A stretch of 64,000 nt of DNA, from contig OY762897.2 in assembly GCA_963666515.2 (NCBI GenBank), positions 2,400,001 through 2,464,000 on the forward strand, in the 5' to 3' direction. The notes under the pieces are model-generated. The model did not search any database and was not told the DNA's origin. It saw nothing but the letters and a program-made list of their open reading frames with translations. The position numbers and the translations under genes are program-made. The DNA comes from Candidatus Binatia bacterium (GTDB taxonomy: Bacteria; Desulfobacterota; Binatia; UBA9968; JAJDTQ01). Positions 57,522 to 64,000 of this stretch are shown one piece after another (position 1 is the first letter of the stretch; every line of letters starts with the position of its first letter).

Positions 57522-59644
57522 CAACGCAGCCCCGAGGCTGACGCCGATGTCCCTCCCAATCCGAACAGGCCGAGAAGTTCTTCACGGGTCATCCGTACCG
57601 ACAAATCCAGCGACACATCGTCAACAAGCTCGTCAAACAGTGCCTGCTTGCGCTGAAGGATCTCGTCGATGCGTTCCTCGATGGTCCCCGTGCAGGAATA
57701 CTTGATGGCGTTCACCTTGACCGTCTGGCCGAAGCGATGGCTCCGGTCTTCGGCCTGTGTCTCTACGGCGGGGTTCCACCACCGGTCCAGGTGGAAGACG
57801 TAGGATGCCTCTTGCAGATTCAAGCCCAATCCGCCGACGCGCAGAGACAATATCAGCACCTTGTGCTCGTCGCGGACCTTGAATCGCTCGATGATCTCGG
57901 TCCTTTGCCGTTGAGGCATGCCACCCGTAATGGTGAGCGGCGCGAAGTCCTTCAGGTAGCTGGCCGCCGCACCTACGCCGGATGTGTCATTGACGTACTG
58001 GGAGAAGAGCAGCGCCTTGTGTCCCTGGGCCGCCAGTTGTTCCAGCCGGTCCTTGATGTCGTCCAGCTTGCTGGACTCGCCACTCTTGGGGTCAGCGTTG
58101 CATATCTGCTTCAGGCGAGTGATGAGCTCAAGGACATGCCGCACATCGACCTCAGCGCCCAGAGACTTCAGGTAGACGATTCCCTCGCGCTCGGCCTTGT
58201 CGTAGCTGTCTCGCTGCCCTGGATTCAGGTCGATGGTGACCGTGGTTATCTGCTTCGGGGGAAGGTCATCAAGGACGTCGCCCTTCTTGCGCCTGAGCTG
58301 CAACTCGCGGTGCCGCATCCGCAACTCTGCGCCAGGCCGGTACCGTTTGGGCGGATTCGACCCTTCATGGTCCACGAACTCCAGGATCGATGCCAATTCC
58401 TCCTCATGATTCTCGATGGGGGTGCCCGTCAACGCCCAGGAACGCATTCTTTGCAACCCTTTCAGCGCGTCGCTGGTGTCGTTGCGGTTCTTGATGCGTT
58501 GCGCCTCGTCGGCTACCACCACGTCCCAGATCCGGCGCCGCACCGGGGATTGCGCGTTGCCGTTGAAATCAGAACGCAGGGTGTCGTAGCTCACCAAGGT
58601 CACGTCCCTCTCGGCCGCCCACTGCCAGGAGCGGTCGGATGTCGGGCCACGAATGATGATGGCAGATAGTTCTGGCGCCCACTTCTCGAATTCACGCCGC
58701 CACTGGTCCAACAGAGCAGCCGGAGCCGCCACCAAGCATGACCGGGCCTCCCGGCGCGCCCGGAGGATACGCAAGGCGGCGATGGCCTGCAAGGTCTTGC
58801 CCAGACCCATGTCGTCCGCCAGCAGCAGTTGGCGATTGTCCAGCAAAGCCCGGACGCCCTCTTGCTGGAAGGGCATCAACGGTCCGGCCCATTCCAGTTG
58901 GATATCCTGGCCCGGTTTCCGGGGCGCGGCGAGCACCGCCCACAACCGCTGCGCCAGCGTCAACGCAGGTCCGAAGACCGGACGGGGCTCCTGGACAGTG
59001 TCCTCGTTTTCTGGAACACGGTTCGCCGAATACTCAGGGTGTTTGGGGAGTGAAGAAAGGCGAACGACGGTGGCCAGCCCGGGAAGCGCCGTCATGGCTT
59101 GAATCCGGTCATCGCCAAAGGCTTCGTCCAGAGCCTTGGCGACCCGTTCAAAGGGCTCGACGGGGTTGACCCCGTCCATTATTTCGCCGAGAAGCCGGCT
59201 GGCGGGAGACTCTTCGGCGCTGCACTCAGTTCCCCAAAGCCATTGGAATTTCCCGCGGCCTGTTCGGTACTCGGCTCCACTTCCCGTCCCGTCACCCGTA
59301 ACGCTGATACGGCAAAGGGGCTTCCCCAGCCGAATTTCGCCGGCAAACGCATCCTGTGGCACTTCGTCGGCCCGAGCGACAACCAATGTGGGTGACGATG
59401 TGGCGGCTCCAAACAGCGATTTGGCAAGGGATGACAGAACCTTTGGCTTGACGGTTCCTGGTTGTCCAAGGAGCTCATACGTCTCCGTACGAGTGAAGCA
59501 GAAGTCCAGCGGCTCACCGGCGGCGGTGGTCTGAAACAGCGCGGCACGCATGCCCTTGGCACTCTCCTCTTCGACGAACCGCAGCCAAGCGACGGCGCCC
59601 GAGCGGGTGTTCTCGTCACTGAGGTCGTCGAAAGGAATCGGCAA
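57521..59644 (-). CDS. SNF2-family (DEAQ) helicase with uncharacterised N-terminal domain
   Basis: LLADDMGLGKT, ADEAQRIKN, LTGTPIEN, LFSQY, GGLGLNLQEA, DRWWNPAVETQAEDRSHRFGQ. Confidence 0.92.
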   Translation of the reverse strand: MPIPFDDLSDENTRSGAVAWLRFVEEESAKGMRAALFQTTAAGEPLDFCFTRTETYELLGQPGTVKPKVLSSLAKSLFGAATSSPTLVVARADEVPQDAFAGEIRLGKPLCRISVTGDGTGSGAEYRTGRGKFQWLWGTECSAEESPASRLLGEIMDGVNPVEPFERVAKALDEAFGDDRIQAMTALPGLATVVRLSSLPKHPEYSANRVPENEDTVQEPRPVFGPALTLAQRLWAVLAAPRKPGQDIQLEWAGPLMPFQQEGVRALLDNRQLLLADDMGLGKTLQAIAALRILRARREARSCLVAAPAALLDQWRREFEKWAPELSAIIIRGPTSDRSWQWAAERDVTLVSYDTLRSDFNGNAQSPVRRRIWDVVVADEAQRIKNRNDTSDALKGLQRMRSWALTGTPIENHEEELASILEFVDHEGSNPPKRYRPGAELRMRHRELQLRRKKGDVLDDLPPKQITTVTIDLNPGQRDSYDKAEREGIVYLKSLGAEVDVRHVLELITRLKQICNADPKSGESSKLDDIKDRLEQLAAQGHKALLFSQYVNDTSGVGAAASYLKDFAPLTITGGMPQRQRTEIIERFKVRDEHKVLILSLRVGGLGLNLQEASYVFHLDRWWNPAVETQAEDRSHRFGQTVKVNAIKYSCTGTIEERIDEILQRKQALFDELVDDVSLDLSVRMTREELLGLFGLGGTSASASGLR

Positions 59645-59679
59645 TGCAGCGTACCCTTGGTCACAGGGATGGCCGACTG

Positions 59680-60948
59680 CTACTCGGCATCGTCTTTGGC
59701 TTCCCGTTCAAGGTCGGCGTTCTCTTCGTAATCAGGCTGATACTCGTCTCCCACGATCTCCGGATTGGAACCAGGGTAGAACCTCAGCAAATCCCACTCG
59801 TTGATGGACGCGCGGACTTTGTAGCGCATCCGGTTCTGATACCCGGCACCCCCTGTCTCTCCTTGCAGCGCTGGCGCCTCCCAGCCGTATGCCGTGCTGT
59901 ATATCGTCCGCAGCTTCTCCACTGTCTCTCGAACGTCTTCATCGGTAGGTGACGACAATGGGATGCATTCGCGTTCCAGCAGGCGCATCCCTGTTGCGGC
60001 GCGCGCAGCGATTTCCTTGTACTTGCTGGCCTCCAACTTCGGCCCGACGTAGTCGCGGTCCTTCTTGGCGCCGTCGGGGCTGATGACGTGCGAAGCGAAG
60101 TCATCCGTCACGGTGCCGACGGCAACCAGCCCCGGATAGGGTTCGCCGATGGCTCTCCCCAACCAGCGGGTCAACTCGGCATAAGACCGGCCTCGTTGCA
60201 GGAGCGAATAGGAGCCGATCAGTTCGATCTCGTCCAGCAGCAACACCCAGCCCTTGTAACCGGCGCCCTTGATGAGCTCGGTGGCGAATCGCAGGCGCTG
60301 CGGAGGCAGTTCGACTGCTTTGGGGGCGCGGAAGGAGTAGTTCTGCAGTTGTCCGATTTGCCTCAGCCCGTCCTTTACCCTGGCCAGCCTTATCCGCTCT
60401 CCAGCCCAGAACGCCTCGATCTCGCCGTTGAGTTCAAGGTCGTTCGACCTCTCATGGACGATCAGGCTCGCCGGAAACATCTGACTGAGAAGCCCTTCGT
60501 GTGCGGTCTTGTTGGCCCACTGGAAAAATGCAGCGTAGGCAGTGGAACTCGGCTTGAGGGCCTGCCCCAACTCTTCGATCAGCCTCCCTCGACGTCCGGG
60601 CATCCGACCGTTCTCCACCGCCGACTTGAATACCTTGCCCAGGTCGTAGAGGGGCGTCTCCTTGCTGATGGCCACCTTGCTGCAAACGAAACCGCTGGAA
60701 AGGGCCTGATGTTGCAAATGGGTAAGCAAATGAGACTTGCCTGCCCCGAAATCACCGGAGACCAGCATCCCCAAAGCGCCTTCCGGAGGGCTCTCCACGT
60801 CCGTGATCCGGTTCAAGAGCTTCGTGAAATCGCCTTCCGCCCGTGGCTGGTTGCAGCCCAGGCGCTCCACCGCATCCCGGTTCGGAACGCCGTTACGGAG
60901 GGCTTCCAGCGCGCGCCGGCAGGACAGAACCAGATCTTCGGCAACCAC
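59680..60948 (-). CDS. DUF2791 / BrxD-like P-loop ATPase, intact
   Basis: RRALEALRNGVP, Walker A GDFGAGKS, Walker B WVLLLDEIE. Confidence 0.85.
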   Translation of the reverse strand: MVAEDLVLSCRRALEALRNGVPNRDAVERLGCNQPRAEGDFTKLLNRITDVESPPEGALGMLVSGDFGAGKSHLLTHLQHQALSSGFVCSKVAISKETPLYDLGKVFKSAVENGRMPGRRGRLIEELGQALKPSSTAYAAFFQWANKTAHEGLLSQMFPASLIVHERSNDLELNGEIEAFWAGERIRLARVKDGLRQIGQLQNYSFRAPKAVELPPQRLRFATELIKGAGYKGWVLLLDEIELIGSYSLLQRGRSYAELTRWLGRAIGEPYPGLVAVGTVTDDFASHVISPDGAKKDRDYVGPKLEASKYKEIAARAATGMRLLERECIPLSSPTDEDVRETVEKLRTIYSTAYGWEAPALQGETGGAGYQNRMRYKVRASINEWDLLRFYPGSNPEIVGDEYQPDYEENADLEREAKDDAE

Positions 60949-60965
60949 GACGAGTGGCCTCCCTT

Positions 60966-61922
60966 TCAGGTCAATCGCACGAGAGACGCGACCGGATTGA
61001 CTAGGTTCCGGTCTCGAACGTCGTCCATGACCCTGGTGCGCAGAGCTTGGTAGATGCCGTAACCTCTTGAAGAGGTACTCTCATCGAGGAACTCCGTGTT
61101 GGTTGCCACCACGAGAAGCGTGCCTGACAAGCGGTCGATGTCGTCGATAAACTCGCGCAACAACTCGTAGTGATCCATGGTCATGGCCCGGGTGTAGTAC
61201 CTTTGGCCGTCCCTGGGGTTTCGCGCCAAAGTCACGCGGGAGTTGTCGAGCAGGATCACGGTTCCGAGGTGCCCGACGAAGCGAAACCAGTAGAGAGCGG
61301 ACTCGATGAAATACCGGGCAGTGGTTCGGTTGATGCCGGTGTAGATTGCAAAGGCGCGCACACTGCTCACCCGTGTGTTGGTCCCGGTCAGCCACTCCAG
61401 AACGGGCTGGCCGTCATACTCACCGCCGCTACGGGTGTTCTCCATGAGGCAGAGTTGAGTCATGGCCACTCGGAAATCCTTGGCCATCCTCGGGTTCTTG
61501 AAGACTTGGTTCTGTATCTTTGGCCTGATCGCATTGAGGACGAACTGTGGTTCGAGATGGTTGGCGGCCGCGATAGCAGCGAACAGGTTGTCGGAAGTGT
61601 CGGGGTTGACCCTGGCAACCTCATATTCGCTTTCGGCCAGCCGCAGGATCAGGCGGCGGGCCAAGCGCCGCCAATCAACCTGGACGGCGAGTCCGAAGAA
61701 GATGTCCTGCGGCATGTGGGCCCGCATGGTCGCGGCATCCAGCCTCGCGAGAACGTAGTCCAGCTTCTGACAGCGGTCTTTCAACTCCTGATAGAACTGC
61801 GATTTCCGTTCGTCGGAGGTGACCGCGAACTTTACGGAGGCCCCGCCGTTCCTGATGAAATCAGACAGATACTCGTCGTCGAGTTTCTGGAGCCAGTCTT
61901 GCAGACCGATGGTGTTCGACAT
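60966..61922 (-). CDS. DUF2791 / BrxD-like ATPase paralog with degenerate Walker motifs
   Basis: GGASVKFAV (no GKS/T), TVILLDNS, YELLREFIDDID, YQALRTR. Confidence 0.7.
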   Translation of the reverse strand: MSNTIGLQDWLQKLDDEYLSDFIRNGGASVKFAVTSDERKSQFYQELKDRCQKLDYVLARLDAATMRAHMPQDIFFGLAVQVDWRRLARRLILRLAESEYEVARVNPDTSDNLFAAIAAANHLEPQFVLNAIRPKIQNQVFKNPRMAKDFRVAMTQLCLMENTRSGGEYDGQPVLEWLTGTNTRVSSVRAFAIYTGINRTTARYFIESALYWFRFVGHLGTVILLDNSRVTLARNPRDGQRYYTRAMTMDHYELLREFIDDIDRLSGTLLVVATNTEFLDESTSSRGYGIYQALRTRVMDDVRDRNLVNPVASLVRLT

Positions 61923-62725
61923 CAGCCGCCCTCGGTAAACCTGAGTCCGTAATACTCCACGTCGCGGCCATCCGGTCCGACGAAGGAGAACAGGCCCTTC
62001 GCACGCCGGGTCCCCGTGGATGACGGGAATGAGACGCTGGCACCCTTTTTCGTGCGCTTGGGGCCTTTCGTGTCCAGGATATAGAGGTCCCTCGCGAAGT
62101 CGGTACGGTCATACTCCCGGCTACTGCCCGGCAGGGAGGTGAATAACCTGTATACCCTCTCCAGGGGGACAACCCGCCCAGCGCGCTGCGCCAGGAGGTC
62201 ACGGTCCGAAACTTCGTCTCTCACGATGTCCGAATAGACGTTGTAAAGGGAATCGAGGAAAGCACCCGACTGGTAACGGCCGGGCTTTTCCTGGTTCTTC
62301 AGCAAGGCATCGGCCAAGTGGGACGGTCGGATCGACGAGACCTTCTTCTTGTCGATTCTGACCGCACGTTCAGCGGGAAGGACCCGTACAATGGAGGGAT
62401 GAGACACCAGCCGGTCGTCACGCTCGTGGATGTCCAGTCCTTTCTCGGAAGCGATGCGCCGCAACTCCGCCCGGTATCCGTCTTTAAGGTACTGCTCCTC
62501 TTCGTCTTCCTCAAACGGCCATGATTGGACCGCGTTGGTCACGGCCTGTCCCAACGAACCCAGCGCCGTATCGAGCCTATCCTGAAGCCTCTTTATGGCA
62601 GCGATGTTCCCCTCTCTGGATGCCTTCTCCAACTGTCTGGCCAGCTTGATCAACTCGCCGGCCGAAGCCAGGGTCGCGGCGGCGGCATTTTGGGTCTCAT
62701 CGAATGCGCGTTCAAAACTAGACAT
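61922..62725 (-). CDS. Hypothetical protein with coiled-coil N-terminus, first gene of the DUF2791 operon
   Basis: 267-aa open frame; its stop overlaps the next ATG (TGATG). Confidence 0.75.
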   Translation of the reverse strand: MSSFERAFDETQNAAAATLASAGELIKLARQLEKASREGNIAAIKRLQDRLDTALGSLGQAVTNAVQSWPFEEDEEEQYLKDGYRAELRRIASEKGLDIHERDDRLVSHPSIVRVLPAERAVRIDKKKVSSIRPSHLADALLKNQEKPGRYQSGAFLDSLYNVYSDIVRDEVSDRDLLAQRAGRVVPLERVYRLFTSLPGSSREYDRTDFARDLYILDTKGPKRTKKGASVSFPSSTGTRRAKGLFSFVGPDGRDVEYYGLRFTEGG

Positions 62726-63046
62726 TCCATGCTCCGGGATATGATACAGTCGAGCCCGGTGGCGACGGGCCGTGTCGATGCGCAGTTAACAACGCAGGAA
62801 GAACCCGGTCAAGCCCTGACCAGGGCAACACGGATTCACAGATGATCTCGCGCAGGCGCGCAAGGGCGAAGACCGGATCCACGTCGAACGCTACCGGCGG
62901 CAGCCAACGGCTCAGGAAATTCCACAGGACTATCGCGTCGGACAGGACAGCCGAAATCGACCTTGACGCTCCTGAACACGTTTTGCTATACCCCTCGAAA
63001 ACGCAGGAAATCTGCGTGCCTCTCGCCAAAGAAAAGGGGATCCCCA

Positions 63047-64000
63047 GTGCCGCAATTTGATGTTCTCGTTATCGGTGGAGGCGCTTCCGGTCTGCGCGCG
63101 GCCATTGCCGCCAAGCGCGCCGGGGCGTCGGTGGCGGTGCTGAGCAAGGTCCATCCGCTGCGAACCAACTCGGCGCTGTCGCCGGGCGGCCTGAACGCGC
63201 CGCTGGGAAGCGACGACTCCGCGGAGAAGTTCGCCCAGGACATCAGGAACGCCGGCGACGGCCTGTGCGACACCGAAGCCGTGAACATCCTGGCGGCGGA
63301 CGCGGCCCGCGAGGTGGTCTGGCTCGAACGCGTGGGCGTGCCGTTCAACCGCGACGCCGACGGGCGCATCGACCGCCGCGCACTGGGTTCCAGCAGCGTT
63401 CAGCGCGCCGCCTACGCCGACGACCGCACCGGACACATGGTGCTCCACGTGCTCCACGAGCAGTTCCAGAGAGAGGACATCCCCTGCTTCAGCGAGTGGT
63501 TCGTCACGTCGCTGATCCAGGATGGCGGCGCGTGCACCGGCGCGGTGGCCCTGGGGCACCGGAGCGGCCAGCTCGAGACCTTCGGGGCGGGCGCGGTCAT
63601 CCTGGCCACCGGCGGCGCCACCCAGTTGTACCGTCCGTGCACCTCGGCCGTGGGAACCACCGGCGACGGCCTGATGCTGGCCTACGACCTGGGCGTGGGC
63701 CTGGTGGATCTGGAGATGGTGCAGTTCCACCCGACGGTGTACAGCGACGCCCGCACCGCGCTCATCAGCGAGGCGACCCTGGGCGAGGGCGCGAAGCTCG
63801 TGAACGCCGACGGCGCCGTCCTCGTAAACGCCGCGGGGCTCTCCCGGGCGCGGCTTGCCGCGGAGGTCCACAAGGCCGGCCGGAACGGCGGCGGTCCGGT
63901 GTCCCTGGATCTCCGGCCGGTGGAGAACCTGACGTCCCGCTTCCCGGGGGCTGCGGAGGTGGTCAAGTCCATGGCCGGGATCGACGTCACCAAGGACCCG
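63047..64000 (+). CDS. SdhA/FrdA/NadB-family flavoprotein, 3' end outside the window
   Basis: Manual translation from GTG at 63047: PQFDVLVIGGGASGLRAA...SKVHPLRTNS...GG...GDGLCD...GVPF.R..DGRI...DRTGH...ILATGG...TGDG...MVQFHPT. Confidence 0.88.
   Translation, partial: MPQFDVLVIGGGASGLRAAIAAKRAGASVAVLSKVHPLRTNSALSPGGLNAPLGSDDSAEKFAQDIRNAGDGLCDTEAVNILAADAAREVVWLERVGVPFNRDADGRIDRRALGSSSVQRAAYADDRTGHMVLHVLHEQFQREDIPCFSEWFVTSLIQDGGACTGAVALGHRSGQLETFGAGAVILATGGATQLYRPCTSAVGTTGDGLMLAYDLGVGLVDLEMVQFHPTVYSDARTALISEATLGEGAKLVNADGAVLVNAAGLSRARLAAEVHKAGRNGGGPVSLDLRPVENLTSRFPGAAEVVKSMAGIDVTKDP

Noticed and set aside
56784-57524. UDG as a fifth member of the DUF2791-SNF2 operon (TGATG overlap)
   Set aside because: Ordinary housekeeping family-5 UDG with host-like GC and a plausible downstream start at 57470; probably just the insertion flank, though neighbourhood data could overturn this
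57521-62725. Calling this locus BREX, Shango or DISARM
   Set aside because: No pglZ/pglX/brxC, TerB-like, DUF1998 or methylase genes; only the ATPase or SNF2 families are shared

Overview
High-GC bacterial chromosomal window, mostly housekeeping and metabolic genes. These include an NCS2 permease, an NTase-like/TPM/LemA trio, a co-oriented formamidase, AOR and NAD-linked formate dehydrogenase cluster, an AttEFG/AttH-type ABC system, trpBA, panE, ppiA, cysQ, surE, argS, thrC, an FAD/Fe-S oxidoreductase and a divergent SdhA-like flavoprotein. At least five cassettes that look lower in GC by eye and are defence-like sit between host genes. (1) A C-protein-controlled R-M locus with a broken nuclease/HEAT-repeat gene, plus an AbiE pair (3.7-8.4 kb). 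(2) A GSU2403-type nucleotidyltransferase, Ser/Thr kinase and TPR-protein operon that splits the ABC permease from attH (27.5-31.3 kb). (3) A two-gene putative toxin/antitoxin pair with an ART/RES-like toxin (35.9-37.1 kb). (4) A BglII/BstYI-type R-M pair (42.1-43.5 kb). (5) A four-gene operon of a hypothetical protein, a degenerate DUF2791 ATPase, an intact DUF2791/BrxD-like ATPase and a SNF2 helicase, near a RelE-type TA pair (56.2-62.7 kb). Cassettes 5 and 2 are the best candidates for undescribed systems. Two REP-like repeat families and an 11x12-bp tandem repeat are present. I saw no rRNA, tRNA, CRISPR array, integrase or transposase. All family calls come from recognising motifs by eye; no searches were run.
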